A stretch of 49,845 nucleotides of DNA from Basidiobolus ranarum (lineage: Eukaryota): NCBI GenBank assembly GCA_040143965.1, contig JASJQH010000018.1, positions 1 through 49,845 of the forward strand. Direction: 5' to 3'. Positions 26,398 to 38,222 of this stretch are shown here, one piece after another; the stretch's first letter is position 1, and each line of letters begins with the position of its first letter. The notes under the pieces are model-generated. The model made no database searches. It worked only from the letters and a program-made list of their open reading frames with translations, and was not told where the DNA came from. Both the position numbers and the translations under genes were made by a program.

Positions 26398-28245
26398 ATG
26401 ACGTTAGAGATTGCCTCCTCAATCAACTCCAAAAATGAAACCGATTCTACAGCAAACTTGTCTAACTCGTTTTCCAGTAGCATTTCTTCTGATGTATCAC
26501 TTTCTACTCTAGCTTGTGTACAAGAACAGAAAGGTTTTGAGCATAGTGCTGTTCTATCTTCCGAAATCCCCTCCGACAAACTGACCCAAATCAAAAGCCA
26601 AGAAGGAGAAAAACAGTGTACTCCCCAAGTGACAGTACCGGATCCCCCAACCGAGAGCAAAGATAACTCACCTCCCCCGTCACCGTCACCCTCTCATTTA
26701 TCTTCACCCACCTCAGAAAAGCAGACTGTTTCAGATGTATCAGAGCACTCGGAACCCAAGGATCCTCCGACTGTTGTCGACGCAACTGTTGAAGACGATT
26801 TAGCCTCTGTTGCTACTCAGGAAGATGATCAAGGTCAGTATAGATATATATTCCAATACAAATCCCAAGTTATCAATTTCTTACTAAATGCCTATTTACT
26901 TCGCCACTAATCTATAGATACCAAAGACCAACATCACGAAGCTTTAGATTCGTTACGTGAGATTGAAGCCGAATTTGCCAAACTTCGAGACAGGTACGAA
27001 CTACATATTTTATGCCTCTAATGATGAAAACTATGGTTCTAATCAATCATGAAGAATTTATCGTGAGCGAATAGAAGAGCTGGAAAAGGAGATAGTAATG
27101 GTGGAAGAGGGTAAATATTACATTTCTGTATAATTGCACTAGTTACAGTCAATAGTTTAACTTGACTTTATATATAGATACCCATCCAGAGTTAATGCCA
27201 CTATTAGATGAGATCGAAAGTAAAAAAAGGTCGTTGGTCAACACAGCTAACGCATTCCGAAATGCGCAAATGTTTACCATTAATAATGTAAATTATGGAG
27301 CCGAATATCAAATTCATTGCGATTACGAGGTAAATAATTACGCATCAACCGTTCACAATCTTCATTCTCTCACAACGATAGCAATTTAGAACTCTAGGAA
27401 ATGCCTAAAAGCAAATCTTTCACAAGAGGTTACGAGCAAAAAGCAACGCCTTAAAAAAGAGTATGAAAAGCTAGACGAGGAATATTGTAAGCATCAGTCG
27501 AATACTATATCCACCATCCAAATGTGTTCTAATTGATCGAAATCTAGACGCCGGGTCAATCAGTCGGAAAACTCCCCGCATTTACGACACAAACCTCACA
27601 ACCGCCCGCTCGATGATACCAGAGTTGAATATCCTTTTTTTTCCTACTTACCATTTGCATATACGAACCTGATCAAATATCCTTAACCAAGCTGTATTAC
27701 ATATGGTATCTAGTTTAGATCAAACCGAGATCAACGAAGATCTAGCGCTTATACAGGTATGCTTTCTTATAGATTCCGCATCAAGCGGTCTTTTAGTATA
27801 TTCACTAACTCTTTTGTATCAACCAACGTAATAGCTTGCTACAGGTACACACATTCTCTTTCTATCATATCCAGCAACATACAGAGTGCCAAATATCTGA
27901 TACTTATATGTATAATAGCACAGGCCAAAGTAAGTCGCCTTCCTTTCGAAAATAGTGTCATTCGTGTCTACGCAGAGTCTGGGAAGCTGTCATATTATGG
28001 GCAATGGCTTAAAAAGGGAGACGCTATCATGGTAAATGATTTCAAGTCTGATAAATACAACGCCAAATTCCTCACTGCGAACAAAGAAACGGTAAACGAA
28101 CCTGTAGTCTGCTAGCCATAGCTCAAATAGCTGTATTAATCAGATGTTCCTGTAGATTACTGTGCAACGACCTGACGGATCAAAAGAGCAAATCTCACTG
28201 GACTTAACTAGACAGGGCAAGTACGAGTTGCAGCTCAAAGTATAA
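26398..28245 (+). CDS. Sds3-like family (Dep1/BRMS1L-like) Sin3-HDAC subunit, multi-exon, containing an AT-AC intron
   Basis: Spliced coiled coil EALDSLREIEAEFAKLRDRIYRERIEELEKE..THPE, LDQTEINEDL, and C-terminal ESGKLSYYGQW..RPDGSK..GKY. Stop at 28243-28245. Confidence 0.82.
27629..27700 (+). other. U12-type (minor spliceosome) AT-AC intron, 72 nt, phase 1
   Basis: 5' splice site ATATCCTTTT (27629-27638), branch site TCCTTAAC (27680-27687), 3' AC at 27699-27700. Removal joins GAG TTG A|AT ATG GTA TCT AGT TTA GAT in frame; retention gives an in-frame TGA. Confidence 0.9.
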
Positions 28246-29055
28246 ACTCAGAAAGAACCATACTTCAAGCAGTACATTGTCAAACATCGATACTCCGCCA
28301 AAAAAGAATGAACGTTGCTCTGTGAGGAACTTTTTGCATTAAGGATATAATCTGTCATTAGATTCTGCGGCTTCTTCTTTACTATAGATATTACGTTAAT
28401 AATTTTCTTGTGTTTTCTCATTTATATGTACATTCTTCTTTGCATCATTTCTTGTCTTTACATTCAGTGACTTTGGTTCATTTGGTTTGCCAGCTATTAG
28501 AAGTAGGCTCAGTTGTATAACTTCGAAAATCAGTTTGGCTATTCTCTACCTACTACTTCTTCCCGTCTTTGGGGTTGGCTATATTTAGTCACCTCATCTA
28601 TTGAAACAGGCTATTTAGTAGCGATTGATCAATAAAGTTTTCTCGAATATCCAATCAAGTTAAGGAAGAACGATCTATCAAAAGCAAAAGCAACCACGCG
28701 AGTAGGAAAGACACGGTAAAATAAAGGGTTGGACTCAGTGGTACAGACTGACAAAATTGGAGAGCAGCATGTCCTCGTATTCCGCTGTATTATCCAACTT
28801 TGGCACACTTATTCAACTGAGGTTTCTATTGGATTGGAATGCCGGATCAATAGAGAAACAATCTTGATACAAGTGATTGAATTGAGTACAGATTTGTTTA
28901 AAAATCAGGATAAATTTTAATTCGATAATAAATATGGAGCACCGAGATAGCCAATCTTTCCGTTGCGGTAACATAGAAAACATTGGGGATTCACTTGGAT
29001 CTTTAAAAGAACAAGAGTGCTCCAAACCCACATAGCAAGGGAGGCTTTCGAGACA

Positions 29056-30172
29056 ATGAGTATCCGTATGATACCCAAGAATAGTGGTTTATGGAACCTC
29101 GGAAGTAGCTTGGTTATGACAAGTGTGGGTTTACTTGGTAAATTATTGATCAAAGCCACAACAACCACCGAAGTACACAACCTCGAGCCTTTCCTCAAGT
29201 TACTTACTGATCCTAATAGAGATAGACCCATTATAACAAGTAGGTTATTACTCTGCTTTCAACAGACATAGAGCGGCCATTTAACAAAGTTTTATATTTT
29301 GCCATCCCGGGTAAAACGCAGTTGCCAACCACACTTCTATGTAAGTACCATAGAACGAATGCATAGAGCCCAACTTTACGAAACGATTTTAATCCCTATC
29401 TACCTACCAACATCTATTTCCAAAAAAAGTCTTGACGATCCGTTGCTATTTCATATATTTCCCTTGAAAACCTTTTGGAAGAGAGAGCACATGAGATGGT
29501 GCTTAGCCGCAAGAGAGATTTGCTTTACCAACGAGTAAGTTCAAGATAATATCCAAGTTTGCAGAAATCGATTTTGATAATTTGGATATTAGGGCCTTTT
29601 CCTTGTTTTTCTATCTTGGCCAAACCATCCCCATTGTTCGAGGGGATGGGATTTATCAGCCTGCAGTGGATTTTGCTATTGACAAAATGAATGATGGAAA
29701 ATGGGTGAAGTAGAAACACTCTCTCAAATGCTTATTGAGAATACTAACTGAGGAATGCATTTCAGATTCATATATTCCCTGAGGCGAAGGTAAATCAAAC
29801 TGGCCAATTGATCCGTTTCAAATGGGGAGTGGGGCGGATCATCATGGAGTCCAAGAAGCTTCCAATTATTGTACCCTTCTGGCACAAAGGTAAGTTCCTT
29901 CTCACTCCTCTTCCCTCCCCCGATGCTCATCATAGATTTATTTTACGTCAGGAATGTCCGATATCATGCCAGAAGGTAGAAAAATCCCGATTCCTAAGGC
30001 TGGTAAATCTCTGAAGATTGTCTTTGGTGATCCAATTGACTTCACTACTTTGCTGGAAGAATCCAAAACCAACAAGTGGGAACACACAGAAACCAGAATC
30101 AAGATTTGTGACGCCCTGTTCAATGCTATGAACACACTACAAAATCATAAAGTTTCCCCTCCGTTTAAATAA
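29056..30172 (+). CDS. TAZ1: Tafazzin (cardiolipin transacylase), 6 exons
   Basis: Spliced RPIIT/IANHTS/ILDDP (HxxxxD), MRWCLAAREICFTN, RGDGIYQPAVDF, W/IHIFPEAKVNQ, RFKWGVGRII. Confidence 0.92.
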
Positions 30173-30422
30173 TAGATTACTTTAAACCCACTATTCTTAG
30201 TAAACCATTCTTCAAACCACTAATTCCATCGACTCAATACGCCTTTATATATAAAATATTCAGGAATCAACATAACAATATGACGAAAGGTAAAGGGAGA
30301 GTGAAACAGAATATACAAGGAAAGAAAAGTGCAACAAAACTGAAGTGGAAGAAAGGGTTTTTGGTGAGTCAAGAGAGGGCATTAGATGTAGGAAGCAGCT
30401 AGAGATATTGAAGGCCACAGAT

Positions 30423-33068
30423 CTATGGCGAAGCGGGTTCTTCGTCAGGCGAGGATTCTGGCTCAGATTGCTTCGTTTCTTGTTCTTGAAGGGTATCCCA
30501 TGCTGACTGAACCGAGGTCTCTAATCGCTTCAGCGCGTTGCGGGAGACTGCATCTATTACTGGGTTACTTTCCTTGAATTCTTCTATGCTATCCAGTAAC
30601 TTCTGTAGACGCTCCTCGCCTGCGGTTTCGTCTACTCTAAACTTGGTGAGAATTTGGAGTAGGGTTCTCCTCGAGCTGACGGCTTCACCTTCGGTCATCT
30701 CCAGAAGCTTTTGCACCAAATCTGCGTGAATACCATGATCAATATCCTCGTGTCGAGGAAATTGTGACCTGTGTTTAAGATTGAATTTTAGAGAATGAAA
30801 AATGAAAATCACAAGTATGTATTGTTACCTGACAAGCTTGTGCGAGTCGGTCCAATCGGCAATTTGCTGAGCGATCTGTAAGGGAGAAACCATCTCTTCA
30901 TCTGATGTTAGATCCTTGTGCACCTGGATCAAATCACAAATCACTTGAGGGGTGATCTTTGTCATGGCTTGCTGATTCTTGTGTGAGGAATGGCAGAAGA
31001 CTGGCAAGAAGTAACTCAGGCACTGACGAAGACGCTGGTTGTCTGCAGTTCTGGGGTGGAAATAACCAGTAACCAAGTAGGGAAGATACTCATCAGTATT
31101 GGTTAGTGCTTTGCAAATAAACAACTTGGAAACTCCTTCGATGGCGATGGCCAGAATTTCTGCCACATCGCAGTCCATGCATTCCTGAAGTAGCTGGTCC
31201 AAAATAGTGGGATCATCAAGCTTAGAGGTGAGAGTACCGATGCCGAATAGCATAATCAAGTCGAAAATAATCATCAATGCCTGCTCCTGCAGTTCAATAT
31301 GACCTTCCAGTACACAGTGAATGAACACTTGGAAGTTTTCTGCGGCCAAGGTCTTATCTAAAAGGCAGCAGAGACCTAGACAGCGAATGGCCGTTTCTTT
31401 TAGGATGTCCTCGGAGCTTTGTGTGGATGGAATGATCAACTCCTTGAGCAAGCCATACATGGATGAGTTTTCGCGCAGATTCTCGCTACTACGTTCCAGC
31501 ATATTTTTAGCAATGTTTAGGCACTTTAATATAGCCAGTGCCTCGAGAATTCTTTTTTCCATCTCTTCATCTTCATCCAGGCTAACGTCCTCATATTTTT
31601 CCTTAAGAGCCTCGTCGGTACTTTCTCGTATATCAATAATAATCTCAATGATAAGTCTGGTGAAGTCCTTTTCACTAACAGAAATCTTCTTTAAGATCTC
31701 GATGACACTTGGCAAATGCTTGTCTGGCACATCGGTATAGATGAGAGTTTCTTTCAATAAAGTGAACATGTGTCGACGACCTATTTCATCAGCGAAATCC
31801 AAATGTCCCGCCATCAGCAACAGCTGGTTTACTATGAATTCCAATTCAGTTTTGGCATCGTCTCCTTCTTCAGTACTGAGCATAAGCTGACTGTACTCTT
31901 GAAGATAGACAGCATGTTGCGTAACATTCGGAAGAGTTGCTTCTAGCTTCTCTTCGTTATTTTTCTTGCAAAAATCACAAAACACTCTCACTAAAAATGC
32001 ACTCTCGGGTGTAAGATTTTCCCAAAATTGATCATTGAATGAAAAGCTGTCGCATACTTCTGGGTTAGCTTCGAAGAAAGAGCTGAGGGCACTTTCAGCG
32101 GCATCACTGCAGGTCACGTCAAGTCGTTCAAGAAATTCCAGAAGATTATTATCGGCTTGATTAATCCAATGTTCAGACAGCATCTTGCTACAGGCTTTCT
32201 TGACGTTGGCGTCACGATCAGACAACCCCCACTTCAAGAGTTTCTCACGATCTTCGATGGACAGTACTCTGAAGTCGCCAATTTCAATCATTGATCTCAA
32301 GTATATACATTTACGGTTGGTAGCATCCACGTCGCGTGCTCTTTCTAAGATGTACGGAAGTAGAGCCTCATTCAGTTCGATATTATAGAATACTGCTCGT
32401 CTTACCTCAGCGCTGGGATCGTTTCTCAACATCTCAATGAGTTTTTCGGTTACGGCCCCGATCTCATCATCCGTATCCTGAAGTCGTGAAAGAGCAATAG
32501 CTACTTGAACACGAACACCGGCCTCTTTGTCTCTAGCACAATCAAGTAGCTTGGATTTGAGTTCATTATACAGATCTTCATCTATTTCACCTAAAGAGTT
32601 GATGGTGAGAGCGATTAACTGGCATACTCTTAATCGCACCGGCTTCTCCCTTGCATTGACTCCCTTCAACAGATACTTCATGAGATATTCAACGAAACGA
32701 GAAGATAAAGTCTCCTCCGATGCCTCTGGATCCTCTGCGGCTTGAGCTTCATTGTCAGCAGCTTTGTCCTTTTCTTGACTGTATTGTATAAACGTTTGTA
32801 CGAACTTGATGACCCTATCTATAGCAGGCTCTCTCTTTTTGACCGGCAAAATCTTGCTCAAGTTGCGAGTGAATTCCAAGTTGAAACTTTGTTCTCCAGA
32901 CAAATATTGGTTATCGAGTTTGCGTTTTCCTATTTTGGAGGCTTTTTCTTGAAGTTTACGTAGAACATTGGCAAGTTTGCGATGATTCGCGACGGTTTTC
33001 TGTACCTCCTGAAAAACCTTCGGTATACTCTCCGCCAACGCAGAAGCGATGTCGTTGTTTGAGCTCAT
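30423..33068 (-). CDS. YCG1: Condensin non-SMC HEAT subunit Ycg1/Cnd3/CAP-G, 2 exons
   Basis: KPVRLRVCQLI, DKEAGVRVQVAIALSRLQ, DPSAEVRRA, ERARDVD, WGLSDRD, DFADEIGRR, LRQCLSYFLPVF. Confidence 0.93.
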
Positions 33069-33159
33069 TAACGTTGGTATACTATCACGGTGAAGGATAA
33101 AGGGTTATAGACGTTCAAGATTGATAAAATATCGTTCATGATTACCTATGGTGAACTAT

Positions 33160-33209
33160 GTAAACAAATCCTAGCAAAACAATAAACAAATCTATTTTTG
33201 GCCAATCAG
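33160..33209. promoter_or_regulatory. Tandem forkhead-type sites plus CCAAT box upstream of YCG1
   Basis: GTAAACAAA at 33160-33168, ATAAACAAA at 33182-33190, GGCCAATCAG at 33200-33209. Confidence 0.45.
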
Positions 33210-33856
33210 TATAGCAAAAGTACCACAAAACTATTCAGATTACCTGGGTTACTTAGGAATTTAGATAGGGGTCAAAGTTAAATGAAGCTAGAATTAAGCA
33301 TCGAGTATTGGGAATATGGTTAGAGCAATTTATCTAAGGGTTTTTGATGATTTCAGTAAACCCAAGCTTCAAAACTGTTAGTACACGAGGCCAAATTAAT
33401 GGTCTATATGATCGTCATTATTGAGATTTGCCTATTTGTTCAGCCCCAGTTTCCCTCTATTAACTATCGAATTGTTTCTCATTTAGCGATAATTTCCTTT
33501 CCTAGGAATCTATGAGCTCACTCTCTGCCACTTCATTCAATGCGTTTCTTCCCAAATTATTAGAATCCATTTTTAGCACTATACTTACCAACTAGTGCTT
33601 GCTGGAGTACTCTTCCTATTATACGTTCAAAAGTCAATATATATATACATCTTTATTTTCCGTATAATCTTTACTCAACTCTCACTTTTACTTTGTTTTA
33701 TACTCATTTGGCGTGAAGAGAAATTCATCCGTTCAATTTTATTTTATTTTAACTTTGCCCATTTTATTCAACTTGGATATCTTCGTTAGATACCTATACC
33801 ATTTTCATTACATTTTTTGTGAGTTCTCTTGACCATCACAAATCCTCCTATCTCCA

Positions 33857-35917
33857 ATGGCGTTTTTTTCACATTTACTCGCCTTTTTATTAGGTGGTGT
33901 CATTATAGCTCCTATGGTATTTCTGACACTGATGGTACTACTGTTTTTATGGTTGAATGGAATACCAACAATGCCCAAGCCCTCACCTAAGTGTGAATTT
34001 GAGGAGATAGAGAAACCTTTACTAGTAGACAAAGATGTTCTGCAAGACAGTCGTGTAGGTTGGTTACGAATCACCAGCACCTACAACTTAACTCCACGAA
34101 ATGCACCAATCGATCTCTCTACACTCTTGGCTTCAGGGGTAAATAGCCTGCTGGAAGGAAAATTCGGAACTGTCAAAGCGATTTACTATGTCATTTTAAG
34201 CCGTGACACTATGTGGCTATATACAGATGAGAGCCTACTTAAATGTCTAGGCATAATAGACTTGACTAAATATGAGGTCTCCATCTTCCCTGCCTCTTTG
34301 CCTGATAATGAAGTATTCCACAAGGATCTACCGATACAGCTTAAAAAACGAAGACTTACCAATGAAAATGAAAATATACTCCCTCGTTCTGAATATTACA
34401 TTTTCTCTAAAACACCAGTCGAGAAGGAGGATTGGTATCTTGGGCTTCTCAAAGCCTCTCGCATTAAAAAGAATCCAAGTGAACCTGGAATAGAAAGAAA
34501 CACCACCGACTTTGATCACGCTGCTATTTACCAGCTAATCCGTACAGTTCACTCAGATGAACATCATCTCCAGACGCAGTGGTTAAATGCTTTTCTTGGT
34601 CGAATCTTTTTGAGTATTTACAAAACTCAATCCATAAAGGATTATTTTATTCGTAAGATAGTTCTCAAGAGCTCCAAGGTAAAGAAACCCTCGTTTCTAG
34701 GGGATATTGCTGTACGTGATCTCCATGTTGGCGATAGTATGCCAACGATTACTAATCCAAAACTCCTCGACTTACAACCTAATGGGGAAATGACTGCTGA
34801 GTTTTGCATCAACTATGTTGGAGGATTTAGTGTTGAAGTGGAGACTGAGGCCATCATCTCAGTTACTGCACGATTAAAGCCACTCAAAGTTAACCTTGTA
34901 TTAGCTGTCACTCTCAAGAATCTTTCAGGCAGAATGCACTTGAAAGTCAAGCCTCCACCAACCAATCGTTTTTGGCTAGGGTTCTGCGAAGATCCGGTCA
35001 TGTCCCTTAATATTGAGCCAATTGTGTCAGACAAGCAACTCAAATTCGGTATGGTTATCCAAGCTATTGAACGACGTATACATGACATGATCCATGAGGC
35101 CTTGGTTCTACCCAACATGGATGACTATCCATTCTTTCCTTCTCATGGCACAGGTGGAATCTTTGATGATGCCGCCGAACCTAAAGAATCTGAGCAGGAG
35201 TTGAAGAATCCGATTGCCGAGACAGTAATCACACCGGCCCCTAAAGAAGACAAGCCGACAAATCATAGTGTGGAGAATATATCTTTAGGTCGAGAAGAAC
35301 TTACAACTCCCACTGAGATGTTCGAGGAGAAGGACGATGCGAAAAGTATAGCATCTTTAAATGAAAATGAAACACTTGAAACTGCTTCCAACATCACTCC
35401 GAGCGAACAAAATAATGGTGACCTTTTATTGTCACCACCACCACAAGCTCACCTTCATCCCGACAAAGAAAAGGAGAGAGACCATCTTCTTCCTCGCACC
35501 ACCTCTATTTCGAAGCTCGCTGACAAAGGACTCAAGAATGTAACCAACGTCACTAGGAACTACGCCAGCTCACAAAACACTGAGTTAAAGGATAAACGAG
35601 AATGGCTAGGAAAGAAGAAATCCGGACACACTAGCCCCGTGCTTAACCCAGTAGATAAACTTGAAAATCCTATTGACAAACCACCAAAAAAAAAATTACT
35701 ACCCAACCTATTTCCTAGTTCGCAGACTTACACCAACTCTGATCCGACAAGTCCAAAATCTAATGAACTGCAAGCAGATAATCCATTGGCGTCTAAGGAT
35801 ATCAACCATCAAGATTCAGATGATGAAAACAAACGATCTTTGAACCACTCTCTTGACTCAACTCCATCATTGATATCCGTCAAAGCTAGTCAGGACTCAG
35901 ATACGAGATCGCTTTGA
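33857..35917 (+). CDS. TM-PH-SMP membrane-contact-site lipid transfer protein (Nvj2/TEX2-like), intronless
   Basis: N-terminal TM segment, PH-like domain ending EKEDWYLGL, SMP domain (QWLNAFLGRIFL..KPSFLGDI..KPPPTNRFWLGF..LVLPNMDD), disordered tail. Confidence 0.87.
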   Translation: MAFFSHLLAFLLGGVIIAPMVFLTLMVLLFLWLNGIPTMPKPSPKCEFEEIEKPLLVDKDVLQDSRVGWLRITSTYNLTPRNAPIDLSTLLASGVNSLLEGKFGTVKAIYYVILSRDTMWLYTDESLLKCLGIIDLTKYEVSIFPASLPDNEVFHKDLPIQLKKRRLTNENENILPRSEYYIFSKTPVEKEDWYLGLLKASRIKKNPSEPGIERNTTDFDHAAIYQLIRTVHSDEHHLQTQWLNAFLGRIFLSIYKTQSIKDYFIRKIVLKSSKVKKPSFLGDIAVRDLHVGDSMPTITNPKLLDLQPNGEMTAEFCINYVGGFSVEVETEAIISVTARLKPLKVNLVLAVTLKNLSGRMHLKVKPPPTNRFWLGFCEDPVMSLNIEPIVSDKQLKFGMVIQAIERRIHDMIHEALVLPNMDDYPFFPSHGTGGIFDDAAEPKESEQELKNPIAETVITPAPKEDKPTNHSVENISLGREELTTPTEMFEEKDDAKSIASLNENETLETASNITPSEQNNGDLLLSPPPQAHLHPDKEKERDHLLPRTTSISKLADKGLKNVTNVTRNYASSQNTELKDKREWLGKKKSGHTSPVLNPVDKLENPIDKPPKKKLLPNLFPSSQTYTNSDPTSPKSNELQADNPLASKDINHQDSDDENKRSLNHSLDSTPSLISVKASQDSDTRSL

Positions 35918-36306
35918 TTTATTTGTCCTTTCTAGAGGATAGGGATTGCTATACAAGCTGTCATATATTAAACCACATACATTTCTCAAGAAAATATATA
36001 TACCACACTAGCTATCAATCAGCATCATAGACTCCCATCAATATATTCAATTACACAATTAACTCTGTTGATCCAAGTCGGTCCATAATATGCAATGTCT
36101 TACTCGAGTGTATAACCTACCTGTCAATAGTTAGTTCAGGCAAGTAGCTTAATCCAAGAGACAATAGTTCAAAACCACCAAATAATGCATAAAATGTGCG
36201 ATTTTATTGTTGATTGTAGTAAGTGAAGTTCGGTGATGCTAGACTTATATAACTCACCATAACAAAAGATAAGAAGATGCAAAATGAGTTCCTAAATCAA
36301 CCGATT

Positions 36307-38222
36307 TTAAACGAAAGATTTAACGAATTCAGGAATAACTGAACGAAGCTTCTTCTCAGTAGCATCAGTGATTTGACCTTCAGTCTTGATAGCCTCAAGG
36401 ATATCAGAGTGGTTGGAGGTCATGTGAGGAAGGAAAGCTCCTTCGAATTCGACAATACGCTTAACATCGACCTTATCCAAGAAACCGTTAACACCAGCGA
36501 AGATGATGGCAACTTGTTGTTCAACTGGAAGAGGTCTGTATTGAGGTTGCTTCAACAATTCGGTGAGACGAGCACCACGGTTTAATAAGAATTGAGTGGA
36601 GGCATCCAAATCGGAACCGAACTGAGCGAAAGCAGCGACTTCACGATATTGAGCCAAGAAAAGTTTGAGGGAACCAGCAACTTGTTTCATGGCCTTGGTT
36701 TGAGCAGCAGATCCGACACGGGATACGGAAATACCGACGTTAATGGCGGGACGAATACCCTTGAAGAATAATTCAGCTTCCAAGAAAATTTGTCCATCGG
36801 TAATAGAAATGACATTGGTAGGAATGTAAGCAGACACATCACCACCTTGGGTCTCAATAATAGGAAGAGCGGTCAAGGAACCGGAACCGAAGTCCTTGTT
36901 CATCTTGGCAGCACGTTCTAAAAGTCTAGAGTGAAGGTAGAAAACATCACCAGGATAAGCTTCACGACCAGGAGGACGACGAAGTAAGAGAGACATTTGA
37001 CGATAAGCAACAGCTTGCTTGGAAAGATCATCGAAGACAATGAGGGCGTGCTTGCCGTTGTCACGGAAGAACTCTCCCATGGCACATCCAGAGTAAGGAG
37101 CCAAGAATTGAAGAGGAGCGGCTTCAGAGGCAGTAGCGGCAACAACAATAGAGTATTTCATGGCATCGTTCTCTTCCAAAGTCTTAACGAATTGGGCAAC
37201 GGTAGATCTCTTTTGACCAATGGCAACATAAACACAGTACAACTTCTTGGATTCATCGGTACCATCGTTCCACTTCTTTTGGTTAAGAATGGTATCGAGG
37301 GCAACAGCGGTCTTACCGGTTTGACGATCACCAATAATCAACTCACGCTGACCACGACCAATAGGAAGCATAGAGTCAATAGACTTCATACCAGTTTGCA
37401 TAGGTTCGTGGACGGATTGACGGGGGATAATACCAGGAGCCTTAACTTGGACACGTTGACGGATAGCATTGGGGATGGGACCCTTACCATCAATGGGGTT
37501 ACCTAAAGCGTCAACAACACGACCAAGTAATCCTTCACCGGTAGGAACATCGACAATGTTACCGGTACGTTTGACAGTATCACCTTCCTTAATCAAACGA
37601 TCGTTACCGAAAATAACGATACCGACGTTGTCGGGCTCCAAGTTAAGAGCCATACCCTGGACACCGGAAGAGAATTCCACCATCTCATCGGCTTGGACAT
37701 TTTGGAGACCATAAACACGGGCAATACCATCACCAACGGAGAGGACGCGACCAGTTTCGTTAATATCGGCAGCATCAGAGAGACCTAAGATACGCTCCTC
37801 AAGGATGGAGGAAACTTCGGAAGTGGCTATACAAATATTGGAATATAAATAATATGAAGGTATAATGAGAGGGGGAAAAAATCTTACAAGGCTTGGCACC
37901 GGCAGAAACGATGGATGAAGAAGTGAAAAATCTAGAAGCCATGGAAAGAGCTCCAACATTGTGGCGAGCCTAAAAATTATTGTTAGTTATTGAACATATT
38001 TCAGGAATAGAGTAAATGAGTGTCAATCTCTCCACAACATTTATATAGACAAAAGTAGTGACAAGAAAAAAGTGGGAAGTATGGGAGTAATTGCGGTATA
38101 TACATATTTCGAGTTGTATCAAGAAGGAAACTATTGTGCTTGAGGAAGTAACTTACGATAGAAGCGGCGCTGCGACCAAGGGTTTGACGAGCAGCCACGC
38201 GAAGGGCGGTATTTCTAAGCAT
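36307..38222 (-). CDS. ATP1: Mitochondrial ATP synthase F1 subunit alpha, 3 exons
   Basis: Presequence exons at 38222-38157 and ~37969-37888. [17 protein letters not shown] (P-loop), [24 protein letters not shown]. Confidence 0.98.

Noticed and set aside
28558-28630. Weak resemblance to the U4atac 5' end (TCTTTGGGGTTGGCTA)
   Set aside because: No matching stem, k-turn or Sm site; probably 3' UTR of the Sds3-family gene.
36373-37714. Long antisense ORFs over ATP1 (similar ones over RPC1 and YCG1)
   Set aside because: Expected by-product of codon bias in conserved, highly expressed genes.
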